From NCBI RefSeq assembly GCF_964204645.1, contig NC_134029.1:15680950-15744949 (forward strand): DNA of 64,000 nt, in the 5' to 3' direction. This stretch comes from Tubulanus polymorphus (Eukaryota; Animalia; Nemertea). Shown here in pieces: positions 1-10,971 of the stretch (the stretch's first letter is position 1; each line of letters begins with the position of its first letter). The notes below the pieces were generated by a model. The model was not told the origin of the DNA, ran no database searches, and saw nothing but the letters and a program-made list of their open reading frames with translations. Both the position numbers and the translations under genes were made by a program.

Positions 1-1016
1 AAGTGGTCATCTAAAACGCCATGTATTGCTCATTCATTCTGCCCAAATATCATGATCGTGATATTCTATGCTATATTACATCGAACATATAACTTCACGA
101 ACTTGAGAAAGTCCACTACAATGCTGACCGTTCAGCAACCTGTTGCATTCATGGCTCTAATACCTCAAATACCTCTCCATCTCAAACTAGCAGCCCCTGT
201 CATTAAGAACATTATATGTTCATGGAACTCAGTATCATGTACTAGTTAATATACATGAACACCGTTTCAAATTCTCAGTTGCCGAGTTTTGTTCTCTCAT
301 TCTATACACCCACGTTTTGTAAGAAACCCCAGACCATCCTCCATACCATTTAACACACCGGCTCAATCCCACCCATCCCGTTCCGCATGCGTATCTAATC
401 ATTGATACTGATGCCAACATTAGGACCCCCGTGTACTCGTTGTCGTTTCAAATTAAGCCGTCTACTTTAAAAATTTCACTGTTTCCGCCCCGTACGTTAA
501 GACCCTCAGTCGACGCAAGGGAATCCAACTAAATCTTCTCGAGCAGACTACTAGGAAAAGGCCAACTCTTTAATCACAATTCCACCTCCATCGATATAGA
601 TTCAACTAGTGTAAACTAATTCACCATGGCCAACAAGACCTGACACACAATATCAACTTCATCATCGTATTGCAGACAGCTAAATCCTGAATGACATTAT
701 ACGCTCTGTTAACATATCAACTCTGTAACGTGTGCATACATTTTTAGGGTTTTCTGACTTCTTGTAATTCTGTTGATTAATATTATTTACATATTTTCCA
801 CTTTTTTTCATCACAAAATTCATCTTCTCTCGGATTCGACAACTAACAGCTACTAAACGGAATGTTGAATTCTGATTGAAATATAACAGACTTTCTCTCT
901 GCGTAGATTCTATCAATGCACTCTCCATCATATTTTAAACTTAAAATTACTTTCAGACAGCTAACACCGGTGGAAATATACTACGCCGGTGATCGGCTAT
1001 CGGTATGTCCCTTCAG

Positions 1017-1328
1017 GTGTTCCATACTCCTGCATACGGTATACCTGAATGCGCCGATGAAACGATAATACGTCCAAGGAATGGTCCGATATCGGGTCCA
1101 AGTCCAAGCGTTTACGAGGCCGGCGTTCGCGAGTCCGACAGGTTTACAGGAATTTGTTTGTCGTTACCTCTTTTATATTATTGATTTCCGTTATTCCGGT
1201 TATTTTATTTAAATATATTGCTTATCTGTTCATGTAAACAAAAACACCAATAAATACATTTTGAACTGATCAAGTTTAAGTCAAGGTCGTTTAGTCGCGG
1301 GTGGCTACTAGAATTACGTTCGACTACA
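1017..1328 (+). repeat. Possible solo LTR
   Basis: TGT...ACA bounded ~310-bp segment with AATAAA at ~1248. TTCAG occurs at 1012-1016 and 1329-1333, but the left junction is off by one base. Confidence 0.25.
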
Positions 1329-2439
1329 TTCAGAGAGAAAATAACCAAGTATCAGGTGATTATCGATAGCCTACTACACACACAGACAGTTGACAAACAG
1401 TGTTAGGTCTGTGTCGGTTGGTGCGTAATGGGACTGAAATATACTGGTTGGTCAGAGTTGGTTCAGTTGTGAGAAGTGTGGAAACTAAGAAACCTACCGG
1501 TATTTATTTGTCTATAGGCCTATTATAGTAGCCAATACCATTTTAAGTACGAAGATGTTACCCGTACGTGACTGTACGGTGATCTCCACAGGTTAACCGT
1601 ACGTGAGTTCCTTCTGCGCATGCGTCAATAATCTACGTGTACGCGCATGCATCAAAGAATAGGCATAGGGTAGGGTTAGGTGAGGATATATGTAAATCAA
1701 TTTATCAACCCTGCAGTTGATAAATGTGGGTCAGTGGGTAAATCACTGGACTTCCGTCGGATTTTTGGTTTACCTTTGTCAGCGATATGATGATGGCATT
1801 GAGCCAATTCATGTAAAATTGCGGTAAGTTTTTTTATGTGAGCATTTGTTTCATTGGTTCTCGGGCTAAACAACGTATAATCGATGCGATTGAAGAAATG
1901 GCGAACATCCGTCGATGACATGGTCAACTGTGTTAAAATTATACGAAAAACTGTTTTTTTTGCGGGAAAATTCTTAGCTCTCGCGTATAAAATTGCAATG
2001 ACCTCGATTGGGGGGGGGGGGGGTCGTCTCTACGAGCGAATGGTATTGGCTGTTTTTCGGATATTCGGGGAATTCCGGCGCTACTAAAATAATTATGGGA
2101 AAGCCATAGAATGGCGTACGTTTCATTGGACTAGGTGCCGTATACGTGCGAATTTCAAATGCTCATTGCTGGTGAGGATGTAATTATTTCACTCATCCGC
2201 CATAGGTATTGTTCCATTTTAATACCCGGTGATTGTTTTGATTGACATTGAGGTGTAAGCGAATATAACTTACACGAAGCCTCCACATGCGTACAATACA
2301 CTAAAAAGGGTGATGCTGTAACGCGTGCACGTTTGACATGAAAATAGGCTGAATAATCGTAGCAGAAGATGAGCGCTGTGTTTTCTGTTCGAAAGAATTT
2401 GTAATAGATTGTAATTTCTTGTGACCTGAAAACGACGCG

Positions 2440-5400
2440 TGACGCGTGACGCTTTTAATCTGCTGAGTTGCCCCTATGATCCAAAATCGTTTCCTCAGAC
2501 GAGTTAAAACGGAATTTTTTCCCAAATGACCAACTGCAATGTGATTATGTACGATCAACAGCTTACCAACTGAAGTTTTTTTTGGTACTAGCAAAGGATG
2601 TTTTACATCATAAATTACGTTCGCTTTCCCGAGTCTACCTCCGACACGCATTAACCCATTCTCATCCAGAAACGGGTCTAACTGCGAAATAGTGCTGATC
2701 TTTGGTATCGACTTATCGGCTTTCAAAGCTTTTATCTCACGTTGAAAATGCGTCTGTTGTAAATATCGTATAATCGCGAATCTAGCATTATCCATTCCAT
2801 CCCTACTGATCTTAGACGATGCGTCACCTATTGATCGTTTATTGATCCGTGATCGTAGGTAATCTTTCACGCGAAGAAGCCAAGCGACCGATTTCAGTCT
2901 CGCCCAACTAGAATGATAGTCAAACAACTTCTCAATTGGATCCTCTCCATCGACCATAACTGAAGCAACTATTTTCTTCACTTCAGGATCATCGTCTGCA
3001 ATATCCATTGATAAGTTAAGAGATTGCGGCCATTCACATTCTGGTTTTCTAAGAAACGCTGGTCCATTTAGCCAAAATTCTCGTTTGGTTTCGATCTCCT
3101 TGAAAGTCAGACCTCGACTAGCCTAGTCAGCTAGATTCAATTTTCCATCTATATGTCGCCATTGTTCAACCATTGATGACTCTCTAATACGATTAACGCG
3201 ATTCGCGACTAATGTCTGATATCGAGCTGTGTCATTGGCAATGTATTTTAAAACAGCAGTACTGTCGGCCCAGTAAAACACATCAGTAACATCGTACTCC
3301 AACTCCGAATTGATGATGGCGTTCATCTTAACCAGTAATGAAGCGGCAGTTAACTCCATCCTGGGCGTAGTAACCTTCTTAAGTGGTGCAACTCACTCTT
3401 ACCAAGTACCAGATTACAGCTAATATTATCATTCCTCTCTTCCAGTCTCAAATATGACGCAGTACCATACCCTAGCTCCGACGAGTCGCTGAAATGATGA
3501 AGCTGACAGGAGACAGGAGAATCACCAAATCCCTTTGGTTTAAAACATCGTGGTGTTTCCAATTGTTCTAGTAAGGGTAGATCATTTTGCCACCAATCAG
3601 TCCAGGTTTTTATGTATTTTTCTGGTATCTGTTCATCCCAACAGACTTTCTCTCTACACAGGTCCTGTAATAGTACCCTTAGGTGGTAGGATGAAAGGTG
3701 ATGCAATACCGAGTGGGTCATATACCGTGCTAATAGTAGACAAAATCCCTTGACGAGTATTGTTAGTATTTCTTAGGGTGATCTTGAACCCAAAAGTGTC
3801 GTTTTCAATCTTCCAGTTAACTCCCAGCGCTCTCTCAGTGGGAAGACCAAAATCCAGTTCAATATCTTGATATGACTTAGTAAACCTCTCAATGCTGATC
3901 GATCATTACTAACGAATTTTGTTAGATTGAATGCTCCCTTCTCGCACAGTGATTTCAGGCTTTTGATGAAATCACAAGTCCTGGCGTCATCTTTGTGGGA
4001 TTTAAGACAGTCGTCTACATAAAAGTTTCTCAGTATTGTCGTGATGATCTCATTATTGAATAAATGACGATTATCTTCGGCCGTTCTACGCAGGGCCCAA
4101 TTGGAACAACTGGGTGACGATATAGCCCCGAATAGATGCACCAACATTCTGTACGGCACCGGTTCTCTGGTAGTGTCACCATTAGGCCACCATAAAAATC
4201 GAAGACAGTCAATATCTCGCGGATCCATTCTGACTTGGTAAATCATCGATTCGATATCAGCCATCACAGCTATCTTCTCCTGACGGAACCTTATCAATAC
4301 GCCCAAGAGATTATTCGTTATGTCCGGTCCTTGCATTAACAAACCATTCAAAGACAACCCTTGATATGTTGCAGGACAATCAAATACCACTCATACTTTC
4401 TCCGGTTTCTTTGGGTGATATACACCGTGGTGTGGAATGTACCAGATTCTACCAGTATCTTTATCCACTTCATCATCAGGAACCCTCGCGTATTGTTTCT
4501 CAAATAAATTGTCAATAAATACATTGTAATCAGTTTGAAACTTCTCATTGAATGTCAGTTTCGATTTCAAACTAACCAATCGCTGTTTCGCTTGTAGTAT
4601 GTTATTCGATGGTCTCACGCTTTCATTCCACCATGGTAGTGGTAACTGGTAATGACAATTTTCCATAACAACAGTGCAATCCATGATTTTCATAAACGCA
4701 CGATCTTCTAATGACCATTGTTTTCTATCTTCAGATATACGTTCAGGAAAATCAAAATTAATGCTATTCTGTACCAATTGATCCAGCGAAGTAACGGCAC
4801 AGGTGATCCTATTGACATTACTTCCATTTGTATTATCATCAGATATTACTACATTCCAGGGGATCCATCCTAACTTGGTGCGGGATGCATGTGGTGACCC
4901 TGGTGGTCCTGTTCGTAGCTCATACGGCATATATGCGTCAGGGACGTTATTTCCTATCAGTAGACCAATTTCAGCATTTACTTGAGGTAAACAGATATCT
5001 TTCATGTGCGGCCATCTCTTCAAATCTGCATCGATAGGTATTCGTTCCTTTGTTACTGGTAAAGTATCAATAGAGTAGACCACTGGTATTGAAACAGCTT
5101 CACCGCCTATGAGCTGTGTCAATTCTATACCATTCAATATTTCCGTTTCTATTCGTCTAGCCTGAGTAACTGTATCCAAACTCAAGTTGATTCGCCTACC
5201 GTTTAAAGAAAGTTTCTTCATCAGCGATTCTGTACACAATGATATACTGCTTCCGGGATCCAGAAAAGCGTATGTTACGATTTCATTAATTCTACCGTTT
5301 ACTCGTACACGTAGTGGTATTACGGCCATGGTACAATAGCCATCACTGTCAGTAACCTGCGTGACACTACATACTTTTCTTTCAGTCTCAGTACAAAACT

Positions 5401-6199
5401 TCTGATTTCCTGTAGAGTTTTCATCTGGGTTCTCAGATTGCTGGTTGATATCAGATGTTCTCTTATAATTATCACCATGCATAATAGTAGGGTGAAACTT
5501 CTTACAAGTCTCACTGGTCATTTTCAATCGGCAAAATCGTCTCGGGTGTCCAGTCCTCAAACAACCCCAGCATAAAACATTCTTCATTAAAATGGACCGA
5601 AAGTTTCATCATGGACGGACATAAATTCAAGACATGATCCTGCTTACAGTATAAACAAGGTCTTACGAGTGCCAGTTGATTTCTATTTTGATTCTGGTTC
5701 ATCATATCATTCTGATGAGTTGACGAGTTATAATTACCAATGGTAACAGATACAGTCTCCCTTTTCTTAGTCTTCGGGTTGGTCTGGTAGTATCCTTTCC
5801 CGATGCGGACATAATTACTTTACCGAATGTTGGGTCATTCACTTTCTTCGACTCCTGCTTGAAGAAACTGACAAGTGTCTTTAATGACACGCAATTTCTC
5901 GCCGACTTGGTTGACTGAACGACGGTTCGCCATCGCTCCTGCAAATTATACGGTAATTTGCTGACGAGTTTTCTCAAATTGTCCGGATATTCGAGCAGCC
6001 TTAAGGCATTTACCTCTTTTACAGCGTTTTCTACCTCAACAAAAAATACAGAGAAATCGTTCAATCCCTGACATTTAATCGATGGCCAATTTACCGCTTT
6101 ATCAATGAACGCATTGGCTATTGTTTCTGGATTACCGTATCGTTCATCAAATTCCCGCAATATCGCTTCATATGCTCTCGTTGAGTCCAGATAGCTGCA
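2440..6199 (-). pseudogene. pol: BEL/Pao Gag C-terminus plus protease, reverse transcriptase, RNase H and partial integrase (frameshifted)
   Basis: ORFs 5702-6160, 5511-5705, 4391-5587, 3773-4390, 3350-3721, 3123-3359 and 2301-3008 carry consecutive BEL/Pao motifs ([43 protein letters not shown]). Confidence 0.92.
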
Positions 6200-6820
6200 A
6201 GTAATAGGGGTTTAGTTGGTTCAGATCAAAGGTCGAACGGTCGAGTTCATTAAAAAACAAAACATTAAAAGTAATTTAAAACTATAATATATTTTCATAA
6301 CCGTGTACATTTTATATTATAACTAAATATTTATTCTAAGATATCAATAATTTAAAAAGCATATTGTATTAAATCAATTGGTCGCTCGGCGACCAATTGA
6401 TTTATTTACAATACACACATTCATATAATCAAATATATTCAAATAATAATAATTATTCTATTATTCAACTGAAATACACACGGTTATGAAAATATATTAT
6501 AGTTTTAAATTACTTTTAATATTTGTTATTAATGAACTCGACCATTCAACCTTTAACCTGAACCAACTAAACCCCTATTACTCTTAAAATATTATTAAAG
6601 TGTGATTGAAATAATGCATAGCTGTTTATACTAGAACATGATTCTATTTGAGCCTATATATCATTGAACTTCTAAAATCAATTTTAATAAAAAATTTAGT
6701 ATTAAAATGGAAGCAAATAAGTACTACTGTCCAACATGTAATATCAATGTAGATAAATCCCAAAAAGCAAGACACAATAAAACTAAAACACATTTAGAGA
6801 ATAAATTGAAACTAGAATAT
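6200..6820 (+). repeat. Polinton left TIR (contains internal palindrome 6200-6582 and the first 38 codons of a zinc-finger ORF from 6707)
   Basis: Reverse complement of 20318-20949 with scattered substitutions. Confidence 0.93.
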
Positions 6821-6859
6821 TTACAGTTATATTCAGAACAGTTAACAAAGGCAAAGAAA

Positions 6860-7428
6860 TAAGATTTAATAAAACATTGAAAACTAGAATGTGGAAATAC
6901 TTTACTGCTAATGAAACATATAAATATATCGATGTGTTAGATGATTTAGTGAAAGGTTATAATAATTCTAAACATTCAAGTATTGGTATGAAACCTATAC
7001 AAGCTAGAAAAGAAGATAATTCGGAAATAGTTTGGAATAATTTATATGGCGCGTTTGTTACACATGATTTCGGTGAACCTAGATTCAAAATTGGACAACA
7101 CGTTAGAATATCTAAATATAGAAAAACATTTTATAAAGGTTATACCCCTAATTTTACAGAAGAAATATTTAAGATTAAAAAGATGATATTAACTAAACCA
7201 TTTGTTTATAAACTAGAAGATCTAAAAGATGAAGAAATATTAGGTTATTTCTATGAACAAGAATTATCACTTGTACCAAATCCATATGAAATAGAATACA
7301 AAATAGAAAAAGTATTGAAAACAAAAACTATTAAGGGAAAAAAGTATTCTTTGGGGAAATATAAAGGGTATGATGATGAATTTAATGAATGGATTTTATC
7401 TAGTAAAATTAAAAGAATAAATGAATAA
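6860..7428 (+). pseudogene. Polinton retroviral-like integrase, C-terminal half with chromodomain; catalytic core N-terminal part deleted
   Basis: RFNKTLKTRMWKYFT...YNNSKHSSIGMKP...FKIGQHVRIS...KGYTPNFTEEIF and a chromodomain-like tail (YKIEKVLK..GKYKGYDDEFNEWI); the first two Asp motifs of the DDE triad are absent. Confidence 0.9.
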
Positions 7429-8032
7429 AGATTTATTTATATTTGAACCACATAATATGTTAATAACTGGAGTAACCAATTGTGGTAAAACACATTTCAT
7501 ATTAGATTTGTTAGAAACTATTTATAAGAATCATTTTGATAATATAATATTATTCTGTCCTACTTATGAATTGAATAAAACATATAATAGAGATATAGTT
7601 AAGATGAAAAAGTTTATTATATTAGATCCTAAAACAGTAAAAGAAAATTTAGATAATTGTATAAAAATAGCAATTGATACTTATAAAGGATCAAATACAT
7701 TATTCATTGTAGATGATTGCGCAAATTTACATGATTCAAAAGTTAGAGAAAGTGAGTTATGTTATCTAGCTTTCTCTGGGAGACATTTCGGGATAACAAC
7801 ATGGGTTTTAAATCAAAAATATAATTCAATTGTTAAATACTTTAGGGAGAATATAAGATTTCTAGTTTTATTTTATAACAAAGATAGAAAATCTATGCAA
7901 CAATCATTGGAAGAAAATCAAATTATACCTACTGAATTACATGATGAATATATGAATAAATTAAAGAATAATAAAGTTTCAAAATTATTACTGAGATTAC
8001 AATTTCCCTATGAATATAAATTTATAAAATAA
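7421..8032 (+). CDS. A32/FtsK-like genome packaging ATPase
   Basis: Walker A GVTNCGKT, Walker B LFIVDD, GRH...Q motif; adjacent to integrase as in Polintons. Confidence 0.92.
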   Translation: MNKDLFIFEPHNMLITGVTNCGKTHFILDLLETIYKNHFDNIILFCPTYELNKTYNRDIVKMKKFIILDPKTVKENLDNCIKIAIDTYKGSNTLFIVDDCANLHDSKVRESELCYLAFSGRHFGITTWVLNQKYNSIVKYFRENIRFLVLFYNKDRKSMQQSLEENQIIPTELHDEYMNKLKNNKVSKLLLRLQFPYEYKFIK

Positions 8033-8061
8033 CTATTTATAATTTGGAATATTATAGAAAC

Positions 8062-8398
8062 TAATTTATATATCTATGTACTAGACGTACGAGTAAGAAA
8101 GTAAGATTCTTGCCAAGAAAGTAAGAAAGTAAGATTCTTAGATTCTGACGTACGTCTAGTACATAGATATATAAATTATTAAATGAATTATATAAAAATG
8201 AATAAATTATATGTTTTCTCTTAATAATAATAAAAATAGATTATATTATAACTATTTCTATACTTAGATTAATGATTTTATGTTTTTAATTTTTATGAAA
8301 ACTATTATATATGTCTATGTACTAGACGTACGAGTAAGAAAGTAAGATTTCTTGGATTCTTGGATTCTTGGATTCTTACTCGTACGTCTAGTATATAG
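8062..8398. terminator. Twin hairpins between the convergent transcription units (putative bidirectional terminator/polyadenylation structure)
   Basis: 30-bp perfect stem 8062-8091/8149-8178 and 26-bp stem 8315-8340/8373-8398 with the same TACTAGACGTACG core. Function is inferred from position. Confidence 0.45.
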
Positions 8399-8440
8399 TT
8401 ATTTAAATTAGTTTTATAATAATTATTCTAATTTTGTTTC

Positions 8441-9640
8441 TTATATATTTATAAAATCATCTCTGTTTATATCTAATTCACCAAAAGTCTTAGGTAGATT
8501 TATTAATTTTAATTGAGCCATCTTAACATAATTAATAGTAGGTAAATTAGCTTTTTCTCTTAATTTTTCTAAGTATTCATCAAAATCATCATAATCAAAA
8601 TCAAAATGATGTCCAAAATTATTTATCAGATAATTTAAATCTATTTTTCTTAAATATAATGATTTATATATTTGTTCAGGATTATCTTCTGCATAAGCTA
8701 ATAATTTATCAAATAACAACTTATAGAATATATAATAATGGTTAGTTTTAGGATTAAAATATTTGATATATTTATTTGGGTTATTTAACAATGGTATCAT
8801 ACTCACCATTTTATAAACATTAATTAGATGTAACTTTGATTTATAATGAGTATTTTCATCAACAGGTTCAATTTTCTTATTACAATATTGGCACATTTTA
8901 TTTCTTTCTATTTCTTCTAATTTCTTATCATGTTCTTCTAACTTCCTTTCATTTTCGATATGCGCTTGAGATTTTTTATGTTTAGAAAAATTACTTTTAG
9001 AAATATCTAAATCACAAATGTTACAATGTTTTTTAGAATAATCAATTGTTTCATTATCATTAGTTTCAATTGTATCAACATTATCTGTTATATTATCTCT
9101 GGTATCATTTGTTTCAATTGTATTAACATTATCTATGATATTATCTATTATATTATTATCAGATATATTATTATCATTATTATTCCTTTCTTTTTCTATA
9201 TGTTTATTTGATTTCTTATGTGATGCCCAATTTTTATATGATATATATTTCTTACATACATCACAATATTTTTCATTTGTCTTTTTGGTTTTGATATCAG
9301 GTTCAATCTTATCATTATTTGATGTAGAAGGTATTACATTATTAGATGTAGTAGGTATTACATTATTAGATGTAGTAGGTATTACATTATTAGATGTAGT
9401 AGGTATTACATTATTAGGTGTAGTAGGTATTACATTATTAGATGTAGAAGGTATTACATTACTTAAATTATCAACAACACCACTTTTATTATTATCGATT
9501 TCTATTAGTTTAGTTTTATAAATTTTGAAAATAGGATCAAATATCAAAGCTATATTACAAGGTATTACATAATATAAACCATCATTATTTTCATGTGTAT
9601 CGATGTATGGAATATGTTTATATACTTTACCTCCTTCCAT
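8441..9640 (-). CDS. Polinton accessory protein with three C2H2 (U1/matrin-like) zinc fingers and NNVIPTTS repeats
   Basis: CDVC..H..H, CNIC..H..H, CQYC..H..H; intact 399-aa ORF starting at TAAATG. Confidence 0.8.
   Translation of the reverse strand: MEGGKVYKHIPYIDTHENNDGLYYVIPCNIALIFDPIFKIYKTKLIEIDNNKSGVVDNLSNVIPSTSNNVIPTTPNNVIPTTSNNVIPTTSNNVIPTTSNNVIPSTSNNDKIEPDIKTKKTNEKYCDVCKKYISYKNWASHKKSNKHIEKERNNNDNNISDNNIIDNIIDNVNTIETNDTRDNITDNVDTIETNDNETIDYSKKHCNICDLDISKSNFSKHKKSQAHIENERKLEEHDKKLEEIERNKMCQYCNKKIEPVDENTHYKSKLHLINVYKMVSMIPLLNNPNKYIKYFNPKTNHYYIFYKLLFDKLLAYAEDNPEQIYKSLYLRKIDLNYLINNFGHHFDFDYDDFDEYLEKLREKANLPTINYVKMAQLKLINLPKTFGELDINRDDFINI
9313..9460. repeat. 24-bp coding tandem repeat, about 6 copies (NNVIP[T/S]TS)
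   Basis: ATTATTAGATGTAGTAGGTATTAC units visible directly. Confidence 0.9.
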
Positions 9641-9683
9641 TTATTATATAAATAATATTTTTTTTTTTTTTAAAGTTAAAATT

Positions 9684-10931
9684 TTAATACATAACACTAT
9701 TTAATTGAGAATTTACAATATTTAATTGCGCGTCAGATATAATATAAATGTGCATTTTAAAATTTTTGATTCCTTTATTCTTTTTCATGAATAATTGTAT
9801 TCCATCTTTAGTGTTCTGTAGTTTTTTCCCAGAACCATGTAATGAATTATCCTCTGTTGTTCTAAAATCTAACCATAATGCATATTTATTGCCGGTATAA
9901 TAATCAATTTGATTAATATTACAATTTTCAGATGATTTTACTTTTTCATTCATAAAATGTTTTCTTATTTCTGGCCATTGATCAATCATTCTCATTCCTT
10001 GACAAAATATTTTATTTGCTATTCCTTCGATAGTTATTTCTACTTTTGTTATTTCAGGATTATAATAATTATCAACATTTATTGCGCCATTAGTATATGT
10101 TGCAATGGTAAAAAATATTAATATACCTTTAATAGATCTTCTTGGGAAGTTAATATTCTCATTAATTATTTCATCATTTGCATTAATAGTTACAGTTTTA
10201 AATTTATCAATATAATCATATAATAATGAAAATCCTTGATTGTATTGAGTTTGAATTATACTTGAAATATTTTCATCAGTTACTGTATCATATTCTAAAC
10301 ATATATTCGATAATTTATAACTCATATCTTTAACAACGCTAGATATAACAATTTCATTTACAGGAGCAAATGTTATTTCGAATATAACGTCTTCTTGAAT
10401 TGCGTATTTATATAAAGGCGCATTATTATTTATCAATTCAAAGTCTAATGGAATTTTATATTTGCTTCCATATATACTTTTTATCAATTTATCTACAGCA
10501 TTAGTCAATATTGCGCTATTAGCTTCTGATCTTAATTTATTTTGGTTTTCTGATTGGATTCCTTGAAATATCATATTATTTCTATTTTCTTTAGTTAACC
10601 ATAAATCTTTATAATGCATGAATAAATTATAATCATCTAATGAGAAAACTGTTTCTGGTCCAATCTTTATTGTTAATTTTTCAATCAAATATCTTCCAAC
10701 ATTATCAACAACATAATTATTATTATTACCGGTTACTTTTATATCGGCTGATAAATAAATACTATTTGGAACGTAAAAAGTATTTTGTGTTAATCTAGGA
10801 ATTCTAACATATAAAGTTTCATCGGGATTAATATTAGAAGGGTTATGAGTAATTATATGATGTGATCTTTCTGCTTTAATAGCATTAGATATTCTATGAT
10901 TCTTAGAAGGATTGATATAACTCCCACTCAT
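9684..10931 (-). CDS. Major capsid protein (double jelly-roll, hexon-like)
   Basis: Intact 415-aa beta-rich ORF with Polinton MCP-like motifs (NPSNINPDETLYVRIPRL, YKIPLDF, LSNICLEYD, ALWLDFRT..DNSLHGSG); conserved in the relic at 55753-56961. Confidence 0.85.
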   Translation of the reverse strand: MSGSYINPSKNHRISNAIKAERSHHIITHNPSNINPDETLYVRIPRLTQNTFYVPNSIYLSADIKVTGNNNNYVVDNVGRYLIEKLTIKIGPETVFSLDDYNLFMHYKDLWLTKENRNNMIFQGIQSENQNKLRSEANSAILTNAVDKLIKSIYGSKYKIPLDFELINNNAPLYKYAIQEDVIFEITFAPVNEIVISSVVKDMSYKLSNICLEYDTVTDENISSIIQTQYNQGFSLLYDYIDKFKTVTINANDEIINENINFPRRSIKGILIFFTIATYTNGAINVDNYYNPEITKVEITIEGIANKIFCQGMRMIDQWPEIRKHFMNEKVKSSENCNINQIDYYTGNKYALWLDFRTTEDNSLHGSGKKLQNTKDGIQLFMKKNKGIKNFKMHIYIISDAQLNIVNSQLNSVMY

Positions 10932-10971
10932 TTATTTAACAAAGAAATTAATTATTTATTTTTGATTATGT

